Under the pieces are notes generated by a model. The model saw nothing but the letters and a program-made list of their open reading frames with translations. It was not told the origin of the DNA and did no database searches. Shown in pieces: positions 36,741-46,992 of a DNA stretch of 64,000 nt (its first letter is position 1; the number at the start of each line of letters is the position of its first letter). Source of the stretch: Oopsacas minuta (lineage: Eukaryota > Animalia > Porifera). The position numbers and the translations under genes are program-made. The stretch covers positions 372,001-436,000 of the forward strand of contig JAKMXF010000210.1 of NCBI GenBank assembly GCA_024704765.1, read 5' to 3'.

Positions 36741-37421
36741 ATGGCAACAGAAGTAAAACCCAGCATTCGATTGATTTTAATTGGACCTCCTGGTGCAGGG
36801 AAGGGAACACAGGCAGCGAACATTATAGAAAAGTACTCAGTAAAGCATCTAGCTACAGGTGACATGTTAAGAGCTATGGTGACGTCAGGTCATGAGCTGA
36901 GTAAGAAGGTTAAAGATATCATGGATAAGGGAGAATTCATCTCTGATGAATTGGCTGTGTCAATTATTGAGGAAAATCTAATCAAACTAGAGAAAGGAGT
37001 TGGGTTTATGTTAGATGGATTTCCTAGAACTACTACACAAGCAGAATTATTGGATGAATTGCTGACTAGGATTAATTCAAAGATCGATGCTGTGATTGAG
37101 CTCCATGTTGAACCTTCTGTCCTTACGAAACGGATTACAGGGAGATTACTGCATAAGGCGACTGGGAGGACTTATCATGAGGTATTCAAACCCCCAAAGG
37201 TACCCATGATTGATGACGTAACAGGAGAACCTCTAGTGAAGCGAACAGATGACACTGAAGAAGCTCTATTGGTTAGGCTTGAAGCTTTTCACAACCAAAC
37301 TAAGCCTGTTGTTGAGTATTTTAAGAAACAAGGATTACATACAATAATCAATGGAGATAGAGAAGAGGGAGAAGTTTTCAAGGAAATTAATGGATTGCTG
37401 AGCCCTCTAGGGAAATTATGA
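36741..37421 (+). CDS. AK2: Adenylate kinase 2-type, intronless
   Basis: GPPGAGKGTQA, HLATGDMLRA, GFMLDGFPRT, LID RITGRLLHKATGRTYH..KPPK..DDVTGEPL. Confidence 0.88.
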   Translation: MATEVKPSIRLILIGPPGAGKGTQAANIIEKYSVKHLATGDMLRAMVTSGHELSKKVKDIMDKGEFISDELAVSIIEENLIKLEKGVGFMLDGFPRTTTQAELLDELLTRINSKIDAVIELHVEPSVLTKRITGRLLHKATGRTYHEVFKPPKVPMIDDVTGEPLVKRTDDTEEALLVRLEAFHNQTKPVVEYFKKQGLHTIINGDREEGEVFKEINGLLSPLGKL

Positions 37422-37619
37422 CCCAGCTCATGTCGAAATTAGATAACAGAAAACTAGTATCACGTATTTACCCTTTGAACTAATTCCATATATGTTTAGC
37501 ATTGTACCTTAGGAAAATCTAATTATTAGCTAATTTATCACCATTAATATTATAGCAAACTTATTATAATATCTCTACGTCTAAATACGTATATAGTGAT
37601 TGATTTATATGTTCACTAG

Positions 37620-40332
37620 ATGTTAATTCAATGGAGAACTTGTATACTGATTATGCTAGTAAGTCTCCTCGCACTACTCTATCTAGGTATATGGTTGTGT
37701 GTTGTACTCTCTACTCTGAGTATAGCCTTCCTCACTGGTGTAGCTCTTGTAATAAACAATGATACTGTTACGAAAGAAGAGCACAAGAAGGATGTATTAT
37801 TTGAACTAAGATTACCTAATAACGATTCACAGGGCTTCACCAGAGGATTAACAATGGTAGATAATGCATTACAAGAACGAATAAAAACTAAACCACATGA
37901 ATACCACCTCCAAACACAAGGATCACGTGAACTTACGCGAATTAAACAACTTGATGACGTAATAAATAATATGATCGAGTTGTGTATGGTATATTTTATT
38001 CAGGGCTGGTACTCTAAATTGAATCATGATCAAGCTTTCCTTGTTAAGACAAGACTACTGATAGAACGGTGTGTAGTATCAGGAAGTGATAGGATTAGAT
38101 CAGCTGATTGGTTTATGTTCTTAACTAGAAAAATATTGTTAGAAGTTGTTACTCATATCAGATTATATAAGACAGCTCAGCAGCGTATGCTAGCTCAGTC
38201 TTTGAGACGACAAGAAAAGCAGGATGAATCTTCTAAGATAAAGTCTATTGAAGATTGGTTCTTTTGGGTAGAGCAGGAACAAACTGATGATAGCTTTCAG
38301 GTAAATAAGTCGATATTCACTGAAGAAAATAGACAAACAATTCTCAGCTTATATGTATTTTCTAGGCCATCTGTACAAACCCAGAATGTGAATCTGAATA
38401 CCAAAAGAAGTTGATAGATATCCTCATGCTACACTTAATGCCACAAGAAGAATATGACTGTGTTCTGCTCAGAGACCTGCTGAAGGAAGTCTTAACTTTG
38501 AGGGTAGTTACTCCAGCTATTAACTACGCAGCTAATCCGAATACTATAAATTATATTATACATACAAGAGCTCCTGGATCTCTCAATTCTAAGGCATTAG
38601 TAAAGTACGTATATTATTTAAGATATTCCTTTTCAATTTCACATATTTACTAACTATTCTATATAGGTATTTAGAGAGTGCTTATATTCCAGATACAGAC
38701 CTGAATTGTGTAATTACATTTCTTGACAAAGAAATTCAAGATTTAACTCGTAAAGGTTCTTCAGATAGAGAACATTCTCATTTAGAGAGTCTGAAGGGAT
38801 TAAAGAAATATTGTAAGAGACATTTAAAACAGCTGATAGAAGAGAGTGCTAAGCTAGAGCCATCAAGTACTACCATCTCTAAGGGGAGGGCTATGCAGAG
38901 CCTATTGTATAATGTAGTTATATCAGATCAGGTTATGGACTTCTTAGGCAGGTCTAAGGAGACTAGGAGAGAAGCTCTCTTTCTAGAAGATGTTCTAACA
39001 TTCGCTAATACTTATAAATTCGTAGATGCTAGTGATGGAGAAAATACTCAGTATTCTATGCGAGAAAAAGCAATGGATATTTTCACGACTTATCTTACCA
39101 ATTCTTCTAATACATGTGTTCAATTGGATAGTAGAATAATAGCAAACTTGTCTAGAACATTTTCTGATTACTCACAAACAATTGGACCTGATCTCTTCAA
39201 AGAGGCAGTGGAGAATGTATGCTCTCGTCTCCAGGAACAAGGAGCACATCACGCTTTCCTCAACTTCTACGAGCCACAAATCAGTGGTTATGAAGACAGC
39301 TTACTATCTCCTGTTCATTTCAGTCCATTAGACTATTCTAATATTGTATTAGAGTGTAGTATGATAAAATGTAGCGTTTCTGATTACACAATCGAACCAG
39401 AACCAAACCCCTTAATTAGACCTGTTGTTCAGTACAAATTGGATATAGAATGTTTTTTGGAAGATGGATTATCTCATCAATGGACTATACAGAAGAAATA
39501 TTCAGATTTTGATGCTTTCCATAAAGGTATTATAGAACACGGTATATATCTACCTCCTGACTTAACACTACCTCAAAAGTTTGGTCTATTCACTTCATCT
39601 ACTCAAGTGCTAGCTGAGGGAAGACGTAGAGCAATTGAGGCATATCTAAGCCGGTTATTGGATCTGATACGTGCTCTCCCTGGTCTTCGCGATGATCTAG
39701 CCAAATTCCTAGTACCACTAAATCACTTTGATGTTTCAGCTAATAAACTCAGTGATCAGATACAAGATGATGATGTAGATACAAATTCTGATAGTAATCA
39801 GCTGATTAAACGGATACTAGAATTAATGAGAGAGATATTTGACCTTAGAACAGAAGATGATCGATCTCTTTACATTTCACTTAACTCTATTATCCTACAG
39901 AGTCTTATTAAGTCTACTCAAGCAGAGAAATTACATAGGAAACTTTACGAGCAATATACTGAATACACAGATCCTTCCTTCCTCGCGGTTTTACTCACAA
40001 TATTAACCAACTCTATCTGGCCACAGGGCATATTCAGAGGGCTATCTGTACCCCCTCCTGACAAACACAGTGATATAAGGAAGCAAAGAGTTGAGATATT
40101 AGCTCGGTTACATCTCTTGAACTCTGTACCTGAGGAGTTGGTTACTCTACTCAATAGCAAGGTAACTGACAAAGGTATGAATAGAATGTTTGATCTCATA
40201 CAACGTGCAGAGTTAAACAAACGATTTATCTACGTCATCATCGAATCTGCTCTCGAATTCCTTCTGCCTAACACTGTTGTTAAGCAAGAGTTTACACAAC
40301 TTAGGTCAGAATTTTCAGAAAGAACTGCTTAG
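37620..40332 (+). CDS. SNX13: Sorting nexin 13-like (TM-PXA-RGS-PX-PXC). Exons 37620-38300, 38366-38604, 38667-40332
   Basis: Hydrophobic N-terminus, DWFMFLTRK..THIRLYKTAQQ..FFWVE and ICTNPECE..LMPQEEY resemble the SNX13 PXA domain. PX KKYSDFDAFH. Perfect TACTAAC branch point at 38648-38654. Confidence 0.8.
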
Positions 40333-40561
40333 CTTTTTACACCATACAGCAAAAATATGAACAAATTTCCAATATTTGTATATATCTATTGTGTTAATTT
40401 TATTACGTGTTTGACTTGAAATATTCATTTGCAGCTATATTATCACTGTTTATCAGTTTTGAATCAAATTTATTATCACAAACTACTCTTTGTTCCATGA
40501 ACTCTTCCATCAATATCCGAAATTATTTACGAATTATTTCCCCCTACTCTTAGACTAGACA

Positions 40562-42343
40562 ATGGGATTAAAAGGGCTCTTCACTCTACTCAAAGACTAC
40601 CATTCTATATGGTTCGACTTAGAAAAAATCCAGAATCGACCAGTTAAGTTAATTATCGACGGTCGGACTATTGCTAATGCAATCTATAGTGAATGTAGAT
40701 TCGATGGTTTATGTGGTGGTCAGTATACAGAGTTTTTTGAAAAAGTTTTCCGTTTGTTTTTAAACCTGCGAGATTTTGGATTTGAAATCTTGATATTGAT
40801 GGAATGTAGTAAGCATGAGTCACACGATGTTGATGTATTTGACAGACGTATGGCTAGATGGATACAGTTTAAGAAATCTCTCAGAGACTGTGAAGCTTAC
40901 AACAGACTTCCTGTTCTAGGATATCACGTGTTTCTTAAGGTAGCTAACATACTCAACATTGAAATTATCCCAACAGATTTGGATACATCTACCACTTTGG
41001 TTGGAATCGCGAAACTTCTCAATGCGTACGTCTTAACAAACAGAAATGATGCATACATCTGTGATATCCCTGGTGTATTAGCCCTCAGCTATATCAATTG
41101 GGAATCAGATTATCTAGAAGGGCATTTCTACTCGTTTAATAGTTTTCTTGAATTCACTAATCTCGAGACTAACTATATACCCTTACTCTTCCTGTTATCA
41201 TCACCAGAGACTTATATAACTGATCCTCACTGTGTACAAGAAGTGAATGAGGCTTTTAGTAATATTACGTCACACTCAATACCAGAGGGAGAGAGAATTT
41301 ATTTCAAAAGGAAGTTTGAAAGAGCCTTGAACTATTTCAAAAGAAAGGCTCATGAATCTTATTTGTCTTCTTATTCTCTAATCAAATCCAAAATAGATAA
41401 TCGTTTCCACTTAATGATAGATGAGTCTTTAGAATTAGTTAAAACTCGAATATTTGATCCTCAAAAATTATCAAAACTTGATACACAAAAGCCTTACTTC
41501 GGTATGGACTATTCTAGTACTCTTCTTGGAGAGGATGGCCTGACTTTTGAATTGCTGTTCAGCCTAGATTATGTGTACTGGGGAGCTCTGGGGCTTAACG
41601 AGCAGTGTGTGTTCATATCGTCCCGTGCTGAGAATTTCACACTGGATGCAGCTGGCCTTATTTCACAACACATACGTAGTATTATATACGGTATAATCTG
41701 TCCTCAGAAAGAGTATATAAAGGAGCATTCTAGATCTAAAGAACCTTTGAGTCATAAGATCGATAAAGTAGCCCCTCTCACTGTTTATAACGGAAGGAAA
41801 ACTCCATTTCACCTCTTACTACCAGAAATGAAGGAGGAAGATAAAATTGAGTTTCTATTCCACTCTCTGAACTTTGACTCTTCTACCCTATCTGAATTGC
41901 CGGAGTATTGGTATTTACCTGTTGTTTCTGTTCATTATTGGCTATCTCAGTGTACTGCTAATGTTCCTGAGGAAATAGGCAAACTACTGCTTCTATGTTT
42001 CCTAGCTTGCTCCAATGGAGAAGATCATCATGTTGAATTATTACCATTAGACACCACACGTACAGTTATCTATCAGAGAATTGATACAGCGCATTACATT
42101 AGTGAATGGGAGTATGTTGTATCAGATATAATAGCTCTTAAAAGTTTGTTGAGAATAGAGAGATTGATTCTAGCTCCTGAACGACTCTACAATGGTCTAT
42201 TCTTCTTTTCATTACTTATCAGTCAGAAATTCACTGATAAAGTTAAGAATTATTTACTAGAAAATGACAAGATTGTGAGGATATATGAACTGATGTCAAG
42301 CCTTGCTCTATCGCCGATCTATAATCGAAAGCCGAACTTGTGA
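40562..42343 (+). CDS. ASTE1: Asteroid/ASTE1-like PIN (XPG-N-like) domain protein, intronless
   Basis: MGLKGL..KLIIDG..GGQYTEF..FF-like N-terminus, SQHIRSIIYGI, LPVVSVHYWL, HYISEWE, APERLYNG. Confidence 0.7.
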   Translation: MGLKGLFTLLKDYHSIWFDLEKIQNRPVKLIIDGRTIANAIYSECRFDGLCGGQYTEFFEKVFRLFLNLRDFGFEILILMECSKHESHDVDVFDRRMARWIQFKKSLRDCEAYNRLPVLGYHVFLKVANILNIEIIPTDLDTSTTLVGIAKLLNAYVLTNRNDAYICDIPGVLALSYINWESDYLEGHFYSFNSFLEFTNLETNYIPLLFLLSSPETYITDPHCVQEVNEAFSNITSHSIPEGERIYFKRKFERALNYFKRKAHESYLSSYSLIKSKIDNRFHLMIDESLELVKTRIFDPQKLSKLDTQKPYFGMDYSSTLLGEDGLTFELLFSLDYVYWGALGLNEQCVFISSRAENFTLDAAGLISQHIRSIIYGIICPQKEYIKEHSRSKEPLSHKIDKVAPLTVYNGRKTPFHLLLPEMKEEDKIEFLFHSLNFDSSTLSELPEYWYLPVVSVHYWLSQCTANVPEEIGKLLLLCFLACSNGEDHHVELLPLDTTRTVIYQRIDTAHYISEWEYVVSDIIALKSLLRIERLILAPERLYNGLFFFSLLISQKFTDKVKNYLLENDKIVRIYELMSSLALSPIYNRKPNL

Positions 42344-42460
42344 TTTTGTTTCATTATTGTAAGTAATATACATAAATTTTATCTTTTATTTTAATCAACA
42401 CATGCTATGAATCAATGTACGTTAATTCATATTACTTTATTAGTTTATTTGTATAACGAG

Positions 42461-45316
42461 ATGTGGACACAACAACAACAACAACAATCTACTCTCTCCA
42501 AGCTAGGAATAACCAAAGTAACAGTAACAGTCCTGATCACGCTACCTGCATCTTTATACATTGTCAATCTCTCCAGTCCAACATTTATTAACTTTATCAT
42601 TCTGCCTATTCTCTCTGTTATTCTGGCTATGCTAGGAGCTGCATGGGCATTCCTGCACTCCCAACCTGCTCAGATATTGTCCCCTATACACAATCAGCTG
42701 TCTAGTCCTAACTTATCTGTACCAGACACTCTTCAGTCTCGTCCCCTCTACCCTGATTCCTCCACTAACTTCTCCCTTCTCGTATCTCCCAGTTTTGATA
42801 CTCAGCTACAATCTGTCCTAGATCGTATTATAGATAAATATCTGCTACCCCTGTACTCGAAGTTTGGAAGTGACCGTTTTGAATTCAGATTGACAGTACG
42901 TAGAACAGTGTGGAATGCATTTGAACGTCTAGCAGAGCGACTCATTAAAGTTGATTACGTCACTCTCCTCACTAGAGATTTAATGATCCTGTTTACTCAA
43001 CATTTACAACTGGTTCGTACCAGAGGAATAAGCCAGAAATCTGAAATATTAGATGTTAAGAAGCTCACTTCTAAGGCCCATGACTTACACTCATGTTTAC
43101 AGAGCTATGAAAGTGAAATAGACTTCATTAGACAGATAACTGATGTATTTCTCTGTATTTGTATGAGGGAGGAAGATATGCGATGTGAACCCTTGCGTAT
43201 ACTTCTACGTGAATTCTTTGTTAATCAGGTGATATACCCAGCTGTTAAGGTTATAACAGATCCTGACGTCATCAATCAGAAGATTGTAGAAGTGCTACAA
43301 GCACAGGAGAAGATGAAGAAGACACGAGACACTTCATACACGTATGCTCGTACTTATGAGGAGTTTATTAAGTTAATAAACAAATGTTCAGAGCCTGAAG
43401 AGTTAAAACGTATCCGTTATAGTATTATGCTTGAATTAATGCAGGCTACTGCAATGCGTAACATGAAATATGCACAAGAGAGTCAACAAGATAAACTGGC
43501 TATGAATATGCATGCCTCTAAAGGACATCGGTTGCGAGAGAGGAATCTACATAAATATATTAATCAGTGTAGATGTGCTATTACTCTATGCGAGAAGAGA
43601 CTCAAGTTCCTTACAGGGGAGGATCCTGTGTTAATGAATAAAACTGATTCTCTTCCTAGTCGAAATGATAATTTGAATAAGAGTGTTGTTAAAATGGTAT
43701 ATCCTGAGGGCATGAGGGAAATATTGGATAATGTTGAGTTGAGAGCTGTGTTTCTGATGTTCTTAGAGAAAAGAGAAGATCCTCCTCTTTGTCACCTCTG
43801 GCTAGCTCTCGAAGAACTTGAAACTCAAGCTCAGTTCTATCTTGATAATGATATACACGCGATTATTGACAGCTTCTTAGAACCAGATTCTCAAAGTTAT
43901 GTTAAACTTATGTCTTCTAAATTGGAATTATTCACAAAGTTTTCCACCAGTCATGATCCTACTTTCCTGATCCTCTTTAAAGAGTATATAGTACAAGAAT
44001 TGAAGGAGCGTTTCTTCTCTCAATTCATTGAGAGCTCTGAATATCAGGAATTTCTGGTACTTAATCAACTTTACATGAAAGATCAACCTTCAAAACATCC
44101 AGGACAACAGGTTAAAACACACAAAGATGCCATTAAGAGTAACCAGTTTATTCCTAACGAGAGAGAATCTAGTGTAATGGACAGTAAGCTGAATAGTCTG
44201 TATGAAAGAAGAGATGCAGTTTCTAAACACTTGGATATTTCTAGTACTCTCACTCCAGAAGATGCTAATTCACTGAATAAAGCTTATCTAGAATTAGACA
44301 CTGAGGTTAAAGAGATGGAGCATTATCTAAGTAGAACTTCTGATTGGATTGAGAATATGGGAAATTGGTGTGTTGAGATTTCTAATGTTGAAATGGATCC
44401 GAGACAATACAATGGGGCTAATCCCATATTTATTATATTGGTTTCTCCTAAACCAGAGGATCTGGATTCATCAGATGTTTCGAGGGGTCAGGCCCTTGGT
44501 TGGGTGATACCAAAGACCTATAACGACTTCTCTGAATTACATCAAATACTATCTACAATTTGCCCAAAGATTCGTAAAGATTTTCCAGTAACAAATCCTA
44601 CTTCAAGACTCTTTCAAAGGAATTCATTCACTCTATGGGAGACTCAGAGACAAATTCTCAATCAGTACATTAACCTAGTTATGCAAGAGCAGGTGTTACA
44701 AGAGAGTGAGGCTCTATACTCTTTCCTCAGCCCCGTTAGCGGACAATTTAAACAAACTTATGTATTTGAAGGACGACCTTTTCTACTGAGCTTAACTAAT
44801 GTGTTTAAGAATCCATTTTCTAGTGAGGATTTTACAGAGGATGATAGTCAGAAGGAACAAGTTGCAGAGTATATGTTTGAGCTTATTCATGAAGTATTCG
44901 AACTGGATGGTACTCTGTTTAAATGGATTCGTAGACAGATTATCTCGGTTGCACATGCTTCATTTGGTGGATCAATTGACCGTCAATTACGGCTCACAGC
45001 TGTTTGGCTTGTTTCAGAACCAATGCTAGTCCACTACTTGGAATCTATACAGGATGTTCTATTCAAAGATGATGATTTGCTCCATTCTTCTAATCGGAGT
45101 GATGAAGAGAAGACACTAAGTAAAGAACAGGCTTATACTCTCATAAAAACTACACTACCTGATATGTTTCAAGAGGTACTTGGTTCTGATAACACAAGGA
45201 GAGGATTGGTAAAGTTATTCGGAGCTCTACAGGATCCATTACTCAATAAACATCTACTTTATGGTATTATTGAACAGCTGGTCATCACCTGTCTTCCTGA
45301 GATAAAACAGTTGTAG
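42461..45316 (+). CDS. SNX25: Sorting nexin 25-like (TM-PXA-RGS-PX-PXC), intronless
   Basis: YTYARTYEEFIKLIN..LKRIRYSIMLELMQAT..LRERNLHKYINQ..CEKRL, GWVIPKTYNDF, ESEALYSFLSP, NKHLLYGIIE. Confidence 0.85.
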   Translation: MWTQQQQQQSTLSKLGITKVTVTVLITLPASLYIVNLSSPTFINFIILPILSVILAMLGAAWAFLHSQPAQILSPIHNQLSSPNLSVPDTLQSRPLYPDSSTNFSLLVSPSFDTQLQSVLDRIIDKYLLPLYSKFGSDRFEFRLTVRRTVWNAFERLAERLIKVDYVTLLTRDLMILFTQHLQLVRTRGISQKSEILDVKKLTSKAHDLHSCLQSYESEIDFIRQITDVFLCICMREEDMRCEPLRILLREFFVNQVIYPAVKVITDPDVINQKIVEVLQAQEKMKKTRDTSYTYARTYEEFIKLINKCSEPEELKRIRYSIMLELMQATAMRNMKYAQESQQDKLAMNMHASKGHRLRERNLHKYINQCRCAITLCEKRLKFLTGEDPVLMNKTDSLPSRNDNLNKSVVKMVYPEGMREILDNVELRAVFLMFLEKREDPPLCHLWLALEELETQAQFYLDNDIHAIIDSFLEPDSQSYVKLMSSKLELFTKFSTSHDPTFLILFKEYIVQELKERFFSQFIESSEYQEFLVLNQLYMKDQPSKHPGQQVKTHKDAIKSNQFIPNERESSVMDSKLNSLYERRDAVSKHLDISSTLTPEDANSLNKAYLELDTEVKEMEHYLSRTSDWIENMGNWCVEISNVEMDPRQYNGANPIFIILVSPKPEDLDSSDVSRGQALGWVIPKTYNDFSELHQILSTICPKIRKDFPVTNPTSRLFQRNSFTLWETQRQILNQYINLVMQEQVLQESEALYSFLSPVSGQFKQTYVFEGRPFLLSLTNVFKNPFSSEDFTEDDSQKEQVAEYMFELIHEVFELDGTLFKWIRRQIISVAHASFGGSIDRQLRLTAVWLVSEPMLVHYLESIQDVLFKDDDLLHSSNRSDEEKTLSKEQAYTLIKTTLPDMFQEVLGSDNTRRGLVKLFGALQDPLLNKHLLYGIIEQLVITCLPEIKQL

Positions 45317-45474
45317 TATTTCCAACATATGAGGATCAGTATTCATTGAGCTATGAATTTTTGTATATTTTTGTTATTATTTACTGATGTATATTCACTT
45401 AATGGAAAGTTATCTCACTGTTTTCATGCTGTAATTATATTTTTCATGTTTATAGCTGAATTAGTACATTCTGT

Positions 45475-46218
45475 ATGGAAATAGCTGTAAGAAAAATCTT
45501 CAAGCTAAAGTCTTCACGTATAATCAGTTCTACAGTAAAGACTCTACAGTTAGTTATAGCTAGTATTAAACCAACTTGGCTTATAGACTCTTTCAAATGT
45601 TCCAGTGAACAATTGGTGCGATTACTCACTGAATTACAGCTACAATCTATATTATGTGTCCTGCTTGTATGTGATGATTTGTTCATAGCTAATAGAGACG
45701 GGTTAATCAGCATTATTCAAGCTAGAAATATATCAAATGTTTTAGTGACTGATGTCTCGCCCAAACTTGTTGCTCCAGTTGTAATCACTGAGACTCATAA
45801 ATCATATAAGTTAGTGATTAAACATATTGAGTATATCAATACACAGATTATGAGCTATGTATCTAACTCGTCAGTGATTGATGTGTTCCGTCTGTCAAAT
45901 GAAAATGATTTCCCTCTGGAGTTCACATTTGTATTCGGTTGGTTATTGGGTTATCCGTACTTGTATTTCAATTCAGAACACTTGGATACTCAATTGAATT
46001 GTTTATCTAAATGTCCTCTTAAGTTATTCCGAGTATCTTCTGGTGGATTTGTATTTTTATCATTCTCTATCCCTCTGCTGGTATTGGAGGATTACAATAA
46101 GAAAGTAAAGGATCTATTACTGCAGCTCTATGAACGAATCTTATGTTCTGTTAAGAATGATTGTCAGAGCATAGAAATACACGAGAGTATTCAAACCTTA
46201 GATCTTATTGCTTTGTAA
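45475..46218 (+). CDS. UPF0739/C1orf74-like (DUF4504) protein
   Basis: KPTWLID, FGWLLGYPYLY..NCLSKCPLKLF..LSFSIP motif. Confidence 0.72.
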   Translation: MEIAVRKIFKLKSSRIISSTVKTLQLVIASIKPTWLIDSFKCSSEQLVRLLTELQLQSILCVLLVCDDLFIANRDGLISIIQARNISNVLVTDVSPKLVAPVVITETHKSYKLVIKHIEYINTQIMSYVSNSSVIDVFRLSNENDFPLEFTFVFGWLLGYPYLYFNSEHLDTQLNCLSKCPLKLFRVSSGGFVFLSFSIPLLVLEDYNKKVKDLLLQLYERILCSVKNDCQSIEIHESIQTLDLIAL

Positions 46219-46992
46219 ATCGAGGATGTCAAACATCTATTTGTTTAGAAGGTGGGATGAATGCAAATGATAGGCGTTGCTCTTTGTGAGAAAGGCACAA
46301 CCGTCTACTGGCTGGAAAATCCTATATCACGATTTCTAAGGTAACTCTGCAGCCTACTGCCAGGTAACTACGGTTGAGGGCTGGTGGAAGAATCTTTGCA
46401 GGTATATTTTCAATTATATATCACAATTATTATAATATAGAATTTGTTTCCCAAAAAACTGATTTTCACACTTTGCATATTTTTTACCTCAAGACAATCT
46501 ATATTTTTGCAAAGTTACATAACACAGCTGCTCTTACGATAATAAACGGTGGTGTAAATAACAACCAGATAGCTTGTGATTGTGAACTCACTGTAAAATG
46601 GGAGATATTTACCCGGAGTTACACAGAGGACTTCAGGGATGTTCTAGAAGTCGGTACCTATTGGGTAATGCAACTAATTACAAGACACCTGTTTAATGAT
46701 AGACTTTAAGCCACTTCGTTTTGGTCGATTTGACTTTATGTACTCTTTCAAATAATATTTAACGATTCTAATACCTAGATTAATTGACTCATAAATAAAT
46801 CAAATCAAAAACTAGTAAATAAACTGTCAACTAAAGTAGTTTGTTGTCAATTGTTCCTTTTTTTGTTATAGAAAACCACTACAAATTCATTTTACATAAA
46901 GTCATTTGGTTCAAATTTAGAGAAATATAATGGTTTGCTAATATAAGAAGAGCATCTAGTTATGCTTGTTTCTAAGTGCTCGGGTTACACAA

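Noticed and set aside
40611-40620. GGTTCGA T-loop-like motif
   Set aside because: It lies inside the ASTE1-like CDS and no cloverleaf can be formed, so no tRNA is supported.
46357-46367. TTACCTGGCAG on the minus strand, identical to the 5' end of U1 snRNA
   Set aside because: No U1 stem-loops or Sm site follow. It is simply the complement of a CAG/GTAA donor-like site.
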